A stretch of DNA of 53,311 bases from an uncultured Candidatus Saccharibacteria bacterium (GTDB lineage Bacteria > Patescibacteriota > Minisyncoccia > Phycocordibacterales > Phycocordibacteraceae). The stretch lies in NCBI GenBank assembly GCA_964499455.1, contig CAZCLC010000003.1, forward strand, positions 1-53,311, read 5' to 3'. This document shows, in pieces, positions 1 to 8,664 of the stretch; within the stretch, counting starts at the first letter, position 1, and the number at the start of each line of letters is the position of its first letter. The position numbers were made by a program, and so were the translations under genes. The notes under the pieces were generated by a model that made no database searches, was not told the DNA's origin, and worked only from the letters and a program-made list of their open reading frames with translations.

Positions 1-27
1 CTGTTACTTAAAGAAGTAGAAAAATAA
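1..27 (+). CDS. Possible 3' end of a CDS running in from the window edge (LLLKEVEK*)
   Basis: Frame 1 is open from base 1 to TAA at 25-27, followed by a GC-richer non-coding structured element. Confidence 0.4.
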   Translation: MLLKEVEK

Positions 28-32
28 GGGGG

Positions 33-322
33 CAATGCTTGCGCGCGCATTGGGTGGGTGGGGCAAGCGCAATATGATTTGCTTGTGCCTTTAGCACAAT
101 CCTTTTTCTTTATCCGCATAATCACGCGCTCAGTGCGTGAAAATTATCAATCGCTCCGCGATTGTTTGAAAAAGGTTCGCGCAAAGGTTACAATCTCACT
201 GCCAATTTAGAATTTCAGAGTTTTTGGAAGAATTATGTGCGAGGCTTTACTTTGCAGAGCGCGAGCAAAGTACGTGTATGCTTCTGAAGCGAGTCCGATA
301 TTATTTGTAATTCTATAAAACT
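33..322. repeat. Multi-hairpin structured intergenic element
   Basis: Nested inverted repeats: CAATGC/GCATTG 33-52; CCTTTTTC/GAAAAAGG 101-175 enclosing TCACGCGC/GTGCGTGA 122-140 and CAATCGC/GCGATTG 148-164; TACTTTGC/GCAAAGTA 248-272; GCTTC/GAAGC 280-290. Confidence 0.6.
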
Positions 323-427
323 ACGCATTTGGTTATAAATACCTTCTGTGAATCAACTTAAATAGTCATTGACAGTATTTAATATCTATTTATATACGTT
401 CATAGCATAGGCTCAATTTTTATTTTT

Positions 428-1003
428 TCAATAATTATCTTCTTTAATTTGGAAGTATGATTGTGGGTGCAGACATGCCGGACATTTCTCTGGTGCTTCC
501 TTACCTTCGTGTAGATATCCGCAATTTCTGCATTTCCAAATCATAATATCATCTCTCTTAAATACTTTTCCAGATTCAAGATTGGAATATAGTTTTCTAT
601 ATCTATTTTCATGTGCTTCTTCAACTTTTGCTATCATTCTAAAAGTAGTCGCAATTTCAGTAAACCCTTCATCTTCAGCTACTTTAGCAAAATCAGGATA
701 TAATTTTGACCATTCTTCATTTTCACCTTTAGCCGCAGCTTCTAAATTTTCCGAAGTGGTTCCTATCTTTCCTGCGGGATAAGTAGCGGTAATTTCAACA
801 GGTCTTCCTTCCAAAAATTTAAAGAATCTTTTAGCGTGCTCTTTTTCATTTAGTGCAGTCTCCTCAAAAATACTGGAAATTTGTTCAAGCCCATCTTTTT
901 TCGCTTGTTTATAAAAATAATCATATCTCATTCTTGCTTGGGATTCTCCAGCAAAAGATTTTAATAAATTTTTCTCAGTTTGTGTTCCTTGTAGTGTTTT
1001 CAT
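428..1003 (-). CDS. rbr: Rubrerythrin
   Basis: FAGESQA, EKEHA and EEAHE di-iron motifs plus C-terminal rubredoxin CRNC...CPAC. Confidence 0.93.
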   Translation of the reverse strand: MKTLQGTQTEKNLLKSFAGESQARMRYDYFYKQAKKDGLEQISSIFEETALNEKEHAKRFFKFLEGRPVEITATYPAGKIGTTSENLEAAAKGENEEWSKLYPDFAKVAEDEGFTEIATTFRMIAKVEEAHENRYRKLYSNLESGKVFKRDDIMIWKCRNCGYLHEGKEAPEKCPACLHPQSYFQIKEDNY

Positions 1004-1219
1004 ATTTATATAGATTAAAATTAAATTCGCGTTTATACATTTTAAAAATTAATAAAAGTGATTCTTTTTGTGTATAACATTCTAATGTTCTCACCACATT
1101 ATTTAGCAAGTGGAAAACCAGTCTTATACTCAAATATATATTATACTCAACAAAAAGAAATGCACAAAAAAATGACTTGCGAAAACTGCAGTGTGAGTTA
1201 TTCAATGATATAGTAATAA

Positions 1220-1705
1220 ATGAATACATTTATGACACAAGAACCTTTATTTGACTGGAGAGCACGTGAATATGAATTTGATGATAAGCCAAGCGAATGG
1301 TATTGGGCACTCGCAATTATTGCTATTGGTGCGATTATCACAAGTATTCTTTTTAAGAATTATCTACTTGCTGTTGTGTTCGCTGCGGCTGGATTTGCTA
1401 TTGGTATTCAAGCAGCGAAAGAACCACACGAACATCATTTTAGACTTACAAAAGATGGGTTGTATATTGACCACCGTCTATACCCATTTGATCTTATGCA
1501 TTCTTTCAGTGTTATTGAATACTTTAATGAAACAAAACCGATGGCGCTATCCATCAAAACACACAGCCTTTTATCTCCTCATCTAATGATTCCGCTTGTA
1601 GACGTTAATATAGATGAACTTTATGCCTTTATGTTTGCGTATGTAGAAGAGGGAGAACATAAAGAAATGTTTGTTGATCGGCTTATTGATTTTTTTAGAC
1701 TTTGA
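1220..1705 (+). CDS. Hypothetical membrane protein (2 TM plus small soluble domain), CPR-type
   Basis: 161 aa ORF; W-x-A-x-E-Y...WYW N-terminus followed by two hydrophobic helices. Confidence 0.75.
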   Translation: MNTFMTQEPLFDWRAREYEFDDKPSEWYWALAIIAIGAIITSILFKNYLLAVVFAAAGFAIGIQAAKEPHEHHFRLTKDGLYIDHRLYPFDLMHSFSVIEYFNETKPMALSIKTHSLLSPHLMIPLVDVNIDELYAFMFAYVEEGEHKEMFVDRLIDFFRL

Positions 1706-1767
1706 AAACTTGGCGAAATGACTTATACAATGTACAGTGCAACGTATATTCGCTTTATTGTGAATTT

Positions 1768-1839
1768 GCCCTCGTCGTTCAATGGATAGGACGCTAGCTT
1801 GCGGAGCTGGTAATGTAGGTTCGATTCCTATCGGGGGCA
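1768..1839 (+). tRNA. tRNA-Arg(GCG)
   Basis: Acceptor GCCCTCG/CGGGGGC, anticodon arm CTAGC-TTGCGGA-GCTGG, T-loop GTTCGATTC; CCA not encoded. Confidence 0.93.
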
Positions 1840-1949
1840 CAAGATAATTACTTAGTTTTTGCTATCAAAGTTCAACACACAGTAATTGCTGAACGAAGCA
1901 TACCAAAAATATACATTGTTTTCTGATACAATATTTTTATGTTTTACAT

Positions 1950-2021
1950 GCCCTTATAGCTCAATGGATAGAGTGCAAGTTTCCGGAACTTGAGATCGAG
2001 GTTCAATTCCTCGTGGGGGCA
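1950..2021 (+). tRNA. tRNA-Arg(CCG)
   Basis: Acceptor GCCCTTA/TGGGGGC, anticodon arm CAAGT-TTCCGGA-ACTTG, T-loop GTTCAATTC. Confidence 0.93.
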
Positions 2022-2077
2022 CAAAACAGTCTATAAGCTGTGTTCAGAATATTTAAAAAATGATAAAATTATAGTCT

Positions 2078-3175
2078 ATGGAAAAGAAAATCAGAGTGGG
2101 TATACTTTTTGGTGGAAAGTCGGCAGAGCACGAGGTTTCATTAATGTCGGCAAAAAACGTACTGGATGCAATAGACAAAGATAAATATGACATTACTTTG
2201 ATTGGTATAAATAAAAATGGTCATTGGTTGTCAAATAATAAATCTAATTTATTACTAAATAGTGATAATCCAAAACTACTAAAATTAAATCAAGTAAGCG
2301 ACTTTGTTGTTCTTGTTCCGCAACATAATGGGGAGATAATAAACTTGTCCGCACAACAAAACAAAAACTCGGTTGATGTTATATTTCCGATTTTGCACGG
2401 CCCGTTTGGTGAAGACGGAACTATGCAAGGTTTATTAAAACTGGTAAACATTCCTTTTGTTGGTCCGAGTATTCTTGGATCAGCTGTTTGTATGGATAAA
2501 GATATTACCAAGAGATTACTTAGAGACTCTAAAATACCTATCGCAAAATTTGTTGTATTAACTAATAAGAAAGATGCTAAATATACACAAATTAAAGATA
2601 AACTTGGGTTACCACTTTTTGTTAAGCCTGCAAATATGGGATCTTCAGTTGGCGTAAGTAAAATTGAAAATGAAAAGGATTTTGAGGCGGCACTGGAAAG
2701 AGCTTTTGAATATGATGGAAAAATTATCGTTGAAGAATTTATAGACGGCAGAGAAATTGAATGTGCAGTGCTTGGAAATGAAGAACCGATTGCTTCTGTG
2801 CCAGGTGAAGTAATTATAAATAATGAATTTTATTCCTATGAAACAAAATACATTGATGAAAACGGTGCTTCATTGAATATTCCGGCAGATATTCCAAAAG
2901 AAGCAGCCAAAAAAATACAGGAGCTGGCTATAAAATCTTTTAAGGTATTGTCTTGTGAAGGAATGAGCCGTGTAGATTTCTTTCTAAAAAAAGATATGAG
3001 TATTATTGTTAATGAAATAAATACAATTCCAGGATTTACATCAAACAGCATGTACCCTATGCTATGGAATAAAAGTGGGATTTCATACACAAAATTAATT
3101 GACGAATTAATTCAACTTGCAATAAAAAGATTCAAAAAAGAACAATTATTAAAAACTAATTATTCTCCAGAGTAA
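2078..3175 (+). CDS. ddl: D-alanine--D-alanine ligase
   Basis: GGKSAEHEVS, LHGPFGEDG, KPANMGSSVG, omega loop FYSYETKY, NEINTIPG. Confidence 0.96.
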   Translation: MEKKIRVGILFGGKSAEHEVSLMSAKNVLDAIDKDKYDITLIGINKNGHWLSNNKSNLLLNSDNPKLLKLNQVSDFVVLVPQHNGEIINLSAQQNKNSVDVIFPILHGPFGEDGTMQGLLKLVNIPFVGPSILGSAVCMDKDITKRLLRDSKIPIAKFVVLTNKKDAKYTQIKDKLGLPLFVKPANMGSSVGVSKIENEKDFEAALERAFEYDGKIIVEEFIDGREIECAVLGNEEPIASVPGEVIINNEFYSYETKYIDENGASLNIPADIPKEAAKKIQELAIKSFKVLSCEGMSRVDFFLKKDMSIIVNEINTIPGFTSNSMYPMLWNKSGISYTKLIDELIQLAIKRFKKEQLLKTNYSPE

Positions 3176-3178
3176 TTT

Positions 3179-3688
3179 TTAACAATGTGGTGCTTCAATT
3201 ATAGAACCGATATCATCTCCTGCAAAAGTCGCTGGCGGACCATTTCCCCAAGAAGTATCACGGTTGCCATTCGGACCCATTGACCAAAGCACAGAATTAA
3301 GAGAACAGTCTGGTGTAACATTGTAATTATTATCATAACAATAGTAATTACCCCATGGATCTTTATATATTGCTGACGGAAGATCTTTTGCGCTTACAAG
3401 AGAATCCATAACTATCTTCCAAGAACTATTACAAGGATTGGAGCAAGCGCTACAACTATCTATTCCTGGAGGCAACTTGCCGGTAGTATTCAGATACATT
3501 TGCATTGCTGTATTAATCTGATTCATCTCAACCTTAGCTTGATTAATATTGGCCTTTGTTCTTAAAATATTCAGAGACGCAAAGCTAATGCTTGATATTA
3601 AGCTTATTATAGCAATCACTACCATAAGCTCTATAAGAGTAAATCCTTTTGTTGTATTTAATTTATTTCCTCGACTGAAAATATTCAT
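3179..3688 (-). CDS. Type IV pilin / GspG-like pseudopilin, Cys-rich
   Basis: Class III signal KG/FTLIELMVVIAII, DPWGNYY and SMGPNG GspG-like motifs. Confidence 0.88.
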   Translation of the reverse strand: MNIFSRGNKLNTTKGFTLIELMVVIAIISLISSISFASLNILRTKANINQAKVEMNQINTAMQMYLNTTGKLPPGIDSCSACSNPCNSSWKIVMDSLVSAKDLPSAIYKDPWGNYYCYDNNYNVTPDCSLNSVLWSMGPNGNRDTSWGNGPPATFAGDDIGSIIEAPHC

Positions 3689-3716
3689 AGAAAATTAGGC
3701 GTTTTTATAAATAATT

Positions 3717-4007
3717 TCAACGTGGTAAAACATTGGGTGTTGTTATCGAGTGTATTTTAGTAACTTCCCTATTATTAAAAAATATAAGTAACGAAACAAT
3801 AATCGCAATTATAATAAATCCAATCAAAATGTAGTTTGCTTGTTTTTCATTTTTAATAAGTCCACCTGAGTATTTTATGACCCATTGAATGATTTTAGGA
3901 GTATCTGAATGATACAGAAGCATTGATTCATGTTCTTCGTTAAATTTCACCTTATTATTTGAATTATCAGATATGTTATTTAAATCATTTTTATTATATT
4001 GATCCAT
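3717..4007 (-). CDS. Small hypothetical single-pass membrane protein
   Basis: 96 aa ORF, amphipathic segment PKIIQWVIKYSGGLIKNEKQA followed by a TM helix. Confidence 0.7.
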   Translation of the reverse strand: MDQYNKNDLNNISDNSNNKVKFNEEHESMLLYHSDTPKIIQWVIKYSGGLIKNEKQANYILIGFIIIAIIVSLLIFFNNREVTKIHSITTPNVLPR

Positions 4008-4128
4008 AAATATATTTATATTTAGAAAATATGCATTTCCTAATTTCTTATCACTGTTTTCAGTCTATCATTAAATCTTGTTTTTAAAATTAAGAGTAGA
4101 ATAGCTGTTTACAAAAGACGGTATAAGT

Positions 4129-4446
4129 TTACCGTCTGTTTATTTTTTTTACGACTCCTTCTGTTTTATTTTTTATATTTTTTTCACCTATACGTCGTAT
4201 TGCAGAAATAAGACGTGATTTTTTACGTGCAGCAGTGTTAGCTTTAATAATACCTCGCTTAGATGCTTTATCAATTGCCTTATATGCTTGTGGAATAAGC
4301 TTTTCAGCTGCTGATATATCACCAATCGCCAGTGTCTTTTTTATATTCTTTAAAGCAACAAGCATTGCTTTATTACGACGTATATTATATACATGTTTAT
4401 GTAACGAAGCGCGATATGCTTTTTTCGCTGATGATGTAATTGCCAT
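4129..4446 (-). CDS. rpsT: 30S ribosomal protein S20
   Basis: MAITSSAKKA, AIDKASKRGIIKANTAARKKSRL. Confidence 0.95.
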   Translation of the reverse strand: MAITSSAKKAYRASLHKHVYNIRRNKAMLVALKNIKKTLAIGDISAAEKLIPQAYKAIDKASKRGIIKANTAARKKSRLISAIRRIGEKNIKNKTEGVVKKINRR

Positions 4447-4518
4447 ATTGACAGCAATAATACGTCAAAATCGCAAGAAGCGCAAATATGTAGCATGACG
4501 TATGTTAGGATAGATACG

Positions 4519-5073
4519 ATGATACGCACTATTAAAGGAATTGTGTTGTCAATTGAATCAGACGGGATCATTGTTATGGTGTCTGGATTTGGGTTATTGA
4601 TTCATCTTGCAGAGCATAAACAGCTAATTGTTGGAAAACAAATTACACTTGCAACTCATATGGTGATACGACAAGGTGGACCTGAGCTTTATGGGTTTAT
4701 TGATCCTAAGGATAGACAATTTTTTGAATTGATACTTACTGTTTCTGGATTCGGTCCGAAAACTGCTTTATCTCTATTGCGTCGTTCAGCACGAGCACAG
4801 CTTGAATCGGCAATTGCCAAGCATGATATTGAATATCTAACCAGAGTTATAGGCATTGGTAAAAAGGCTGCTGGAAAGCTTATTGTTGAACTTGCTGAAA
4901 AGCTGAAAAACAGTGATACAACACATACAGATGTAGACACAGAAGTATTTGATATGCTCGTAGCACTTGGATATACAGAGCGCGAAGCACGTAAAGCACT
5001 TGATATGGTCCCTGAAAACATAGTTGGTAGTAACAAACGCCTGAAAACCGCACTCGGAGTAACGCTTAAATAA
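4519..5073 (+). CDS. ruvA: Holliday junction branch migration protein RuvA
   Basis: MIRTIKG start (chosen over 4495), LYGF, VSGFGPKTAL, IGIGKKAA HhH motifs, LVALGY C-terminal domain. Confidence 0.93.
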   Translation: MIRTIKGIVLSIESDGIIVMVSGFGLLIHLAEHKQLIVGKQITLATHMVIRQGGPELYGFIDPKDRQFFELILTVSGFGPKTALSLLRRSARAQLESAIAKHDIEYLTRVIGIGKKAAGKLIVELAEKLKNSDTTHTDVDTEVFDMLVALGYTEREARKALDMVPENIVGSNKRLKTALGVTLK

Positions 5074-5077
5074 CATT

Positions 5078-6391
5078 ATGAATAAAGTAATTCCGAATAT
5101 TATTCTTTTTTTAAAAAGAGTTTTACCGTCTTCAATGGTGCGGCCTTTACTTCCTTTTTATCATGCTGCGTGGTCATTTCTTTCCGCAGTTTTCTATGGT
5201 TTTCCAGCACGACACCTTATTGTTATCGGTGTTACTGGTACAAAAGGTAAATCAATTGTTATTGAAATGCTCGCTGCCATATATGTACAGGCAGGAGAGA
5301 AAGTTGCTCTTGCTTCTACTATACGCTTTGCAATCGGCGAGGATTCAAAACCGAATTTATTTAAAATGACTACCCCAGGGCATGGTTTTATACAAGCGTT
5401 CCTAAAACGAGCAAAAAAAGACCATTGTACGTACGCTATTATAGAAATTACATCAGAAAGTGTTTTACAATATCGTCATTGGTTTCTGTTTCTTAATGGA
5501 CTGGTTGTAACTAATGTCCATCCAGAACATATAGAACGACATGGTTCATTTGAAAACTATATTGCCGCAAAACGAAAAATTGTCAGTGCGCTTGAACATT
5601 CGCATAAAAAAAAACGTATTCTTGTTGTTGGGAATGATAGTGCAAACATTAAACCGTTCTTAACTTCATCTGTACCACACACAATTACATTCCAAAAAAA
5701 TGAATTGCATAAACTTGCCGTGCATGATAGCTCGGTTTCGTTTTTATATAAAAATACACAGATAACACTTAATTTATCAGGAGCGTTTAATGCATTAAAT
5801 GCTCTTGCTGCTATAAAAATGTGTTCTGCGTTTGGAATTTCACTAATAAATGCTTCGTATGCGCTTTCACATCTCTCATATATTCCAGGACGTGTTGAAC
5901 ATATTTCACTTGGACAAAAATTTATGGTTGTAGTTGATTATGCTCACACACCAGATTCACTTAAAGCATTATATGAAGCGTTTCCACATCATAGAAAAAT
6001 TTGTGTACTCGGAAATACAGGTGGTGGACGAGATAAATGGAAACGTCCTAAAATGGGACGTATCGCGGATGAGGCTTGTACAGAAGTAATTCTTACTAAT
6101 GAAGATCCTTATGATGAAAATCCTGTTCTCATTTTGAATGAAATGGCGCACGGTATGAAACGACAACCGCATATTATTATGGATAGACGTAATGCAATAT
6201 ATAAGGCACTAACACTCGCACGTCCTGGAGATGCTATACTTATATCTGGCAAAGGAACTGACCCTTATATTATGGGTCCGAATGGAACAACAATAAAATG
6301 GAGTGACGCAGAAGTAGTGCGTGAAGAGTTGCATCATTTAAAACAAGAAACGGGAAAAGAATTTTTTGATACAATAGAAAATAATATTTAA
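5078..6391 (+). CDS. murE: MurE-family UDP-MurNAc-tripeptide ligase
   Basis: GVTGTKGKS P-loop, PGRVE, VDYAHTPD, GGGRDKWKR, SGKG. Confidence 0.88.
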   Translation: MNKVIPNIILFLKRVLPSSMVRPLLPFYHAAWSFLSAVFYGFPARHLIVIGVTGTKGKSIVIEMLAAIYVQAGEKVALASTIRFAIGEDSKPNLFKMTTPGHGFIQAFLKRAKKDHCTYAIIEITSESVLQYRHWFLFLNGLVVTNVHPEHIERHGSFENYIAAKRKIVSALEHSHKKKRILVVGNDSANIKPFLTSSVPHTITFQKNELHKLAVHDSSVSFLYKNTQITLNLSGAFNALNALAAIKMCSAFGISLINASYALSHLSYIPGRVEHISLGQKFMVVVDYAHTPDSLKALYEAFPHHRKICVLGNTGGGRDKWKRPKMGRIADEACTEVILTNEDPYDENPVLILNEMAHGMKRQPHIIMDRRNAIYKALTLARPGDAILISGKGTDPYIMGPNGTTIKWSDAEVVREELHHLKQETGKEFFDTIENNI

Positions 6392-6397
6392 ATTATT

Positions 6398-7378
6398 ATG
6401 GATGATGCAGTTTTTTTTGTAGGATTTTTTGCTTTCATTTTTGTACTATGGCTAATATCTGGCGGACCAACTCGCCCGATTTCATTTGCCGGACCGGTGC
6501 TTCATACGACGGTCTCATATGGTGGTACTACTTCCTCAAACAGTAGACTTCCACACATACATTACAGATACAACTCAGCACAAAAATCTAAAACGCAAAA
6601 CACAGACAATCGGCAAATAGAACAAAAACTTTCTACGATAAATACGCAGATAAGCAACCTATCTAAAGAAGTTGGAAAAAATGTCGCATTTGGAATAGCT
6701 TCACCATATCGTGGTGATGTTACTTTAAATCATTACATTTCTGGTGCAGGCTCATCAAACCCTGATAGAGAATATATTATTTTGCGAGTTTCAGAAAGCG
6801 CATCTTCACCAGTTACTATTTCTGGTTGGCGATTAGAAAGTGGTACAACTGGAAAAGCCGCGATTATTCCAAAAGGAACTAAGATACCACGCTCAGGTAT
6901 TGTTAACCCGTCGATGCCGATTGTCATTAATCCTGGCGAAGAAGCAATTATTTCTTCTGGGCAATCTCCAATTGGAGCGTCATTTCAAGAAAATATATGT
7001 ACTGGATATTTTACACAGTATCAATCATTTTATCCTTCCATGCCTCTTGTTTGCCCAATACCAAAAAAAGAATTGGAAAGAAACTATCAACCACAGCCAT
7101 ATAGCCGAGACCTGACATGTATTACGTATGTACAACACATACGACGATGCACACTTGCTGCAACTATTCCATCAAACCTTACAACATCATGCTCAATATT
7201 TTTAACTGATTATATTAACTACAATGGTTGTGTTACGGCACATCAAAATAATATTGGTTTTCTTGGAAATACGTGGCGTATTTATCTCGGACGAACAAGC
7301 AGTATGTGGCGTAAACGTTACGAAACAGTTATACTGCGTGATGCTAAGGGAAGAACAGTAGATATGTTTTCTTATTAG
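6398..7378 (+). CDS. Membrane-anchored Cys-rich exported protein, probable lamin-tail-like domain
   Basis: N-terminal TM, coiled coil, EYIIL...VTISGWRL and C-terminal ETVILRDAKGRTVD resemble LTD motifs; six Cys. Confidence 0.65.
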   Translation: MDDAVFFVGFFAFIFVLWLISGGPTRPISFAGPVLHTTVSYGGTTSSNSRLPHIHYRYNSAQKSKTQNTDNRQIEQKLSTINTQISNLSKEVGKNVAFGIASPYRGDVTLNHYISGAGSSNPDREYIILRVSESASSPVTISGWRLESGTTGKAAIIPKGTKIPRSGIVNPSMPIVINPGEEAIISSGQSPIGASFQENICTGYFTQYQSFYPSMPLVCPIPKKELERNYQPQPYSRDLTCITYVQHIRRCTLAATIPSNLTTSCSIFLTDYINYNGCVTAHQNNIGFLGNTWRIYLGRTSSMWRKRYETVILRDAKGRTVDMFSY

Positions 7379-7432
7379 TATTTTTTACTAATAAGAAGAA
7401 AATTTTGTAAAAATATGATATAAGATAGTCAT

Positions 7433-7505
7433 CCGCCTATAGCTCAATTGGTAGAGCAGTGGCCTTTTAAGCCATTGGTTGTAGGTTCAAGTCCTACTGG
7501 GCGGA
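7433..7505 (+). tRNA. tRNA-Lys(TTT)
   Basis: Acceptor CCGCCTA/TGGGCGG, anticodon arm GTGGC-CTTTTAA-GCCAT, T-loop GTTCAAGTC. Confidence 0.94.
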
Positions 7506-7593
7506 CAAGCGAGTGAAAAGAATAATGAAATTATTCTTTTCCGAGCGCGGACGTTCAGCAGAAGCGCTAGCTTCTACTGGGCGGACAAGCGAG
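7494..7593 (+). repeat. 20-bp direct repeat of the tRNA-Lys 3' end (att-like scar)
   Basis: CTACTGGGCGGACAAGCGAG at 7494-7513 and 7574-7593, 60 bp apart. Confidence 0.85.
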
Positions 7594-7989
7594 GAGAAAA
7601 CAGTGTACACTGTTCCAATGAGTATGGAATTAGGACAGTATATATTTAAGAAAACGAATGTGTAATTTTTATTTATCACTCCGTTGGTAATTAGTTTCTT
7701 TTCAATGTAAGAATTCCTAATTCAGTGTTCAGAGAGTTGGTAATTCTTTATATATGCAAAAATCAATTGTCATAGCATCGCACGCTCTGGAACAATAGAT
7801 AATATAAATTTTATTATGCACATCAAAAACCTTTATATGTGTAGAAATTTTGTTTAGTGTAATGAGTTATGCAAGAACAAACCACCCATCGGCAAACTCT
7901 TCGGGTGTACTTACGCCAATAATGTATTCTATATTGTTGTGTGCTTATACGCCTCATACACGGAAATAAATGAAAATGGTAGTATGTTT

Positions 7990-8664
7990 CTAAGTATCTC
8001 TAATAGAAAGTGCAAATCGTTCAATATCTAAAGATAGATCAGAGCCGGTGCGACGAGAGTTTCCTAAAACAGAAAGAAGAGTAAGTGAAAGCGAACATGC
8101 CTGCGTAGGAGTCCACATACGAGACCCTTTTTTCATAAGTTCCCTTGCCTTCCAATGTAATAATCCATGTATCATTTCAGGCGTATCTCCGGCACGAATA
8201 GCACGAATAATCTCAAGCCATAATACTGACGTATTTCGCAAAGCAAGTGCATTTACAAGAGTATTATTAAATACACGATGAATCTGTTCATTTTTTTTAG
8301 TATCAAAAATATATACTTTGCGTGCTTTTGTACTGATGGTATCTGGTGGAAATCCTACGCGCTTCGGTGCAATGATTACAATTGCATTATTTGTTGCAAC
8401 GAGCGCATCAATACGAGCAGTTAATGCTTCACGAGTATCCGATGTAGATTCGGTGGTACTGTACGGATCATCAAGTAATACAAGGAGTCTATTTACAAAA
8501 AGTGAACCTGCACCAATAATAAACTCAAAGTTTTCGTTACTTAATTCATTTGGCATAAGATGGACATATGTTAATTGTGGTTCTTTTCCTTTTGCAGCAG
8601 CAATCCATGAGAAAGCATGCGTTCTAATACTGTTATTGTCTGAGCCAGTAAATAAATAAATCAT
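7990..8664 (-). CDS. holA: DNA polymerase III delta subunit-like protein (short)
   Basis: MIYLFTGSD start overlapping the polA stop (ATGA), GSLFVNRLLV motif, position after polA. Confidence 0.7.
   Translation of the reverse strand: MIYLFTGSDNNSIRTHAFSWIAAAKGKEPQLTYVHLMPNELSNENFEFIIGAGSLFVNRLLVLLDDPYSTTESTSDTREALTARIDALVATNNAIVIIAPKRVGFPPDTISTKARKVYIFDTKKNEQIHRVFNNTLVNALALRNTSVLWLEIIRAIRAGDTPEMIHGLLHWKARELMKKGSRMWTPTQACSLSLTLLSVLGNSRRTGSDLSLDIERFALSIRDT

Noticed and set aside
1583-2184. Short ORFs 1583-1840, 1990-2184 and similar ones at 7494-7679, 50360-50551, 52856-53089
   Set aside because: They overlap tRNA genes and are translations of tRNA sequence
7600-7985. Possible pseudogene, or a c-di-GMP-I riboswitch (GGCAAAC at 7891)
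   Set aside because: Reading frames are short and unrecognisable, and the GNRA stem and GACGCAAAGC partner of the riboswitch are missing
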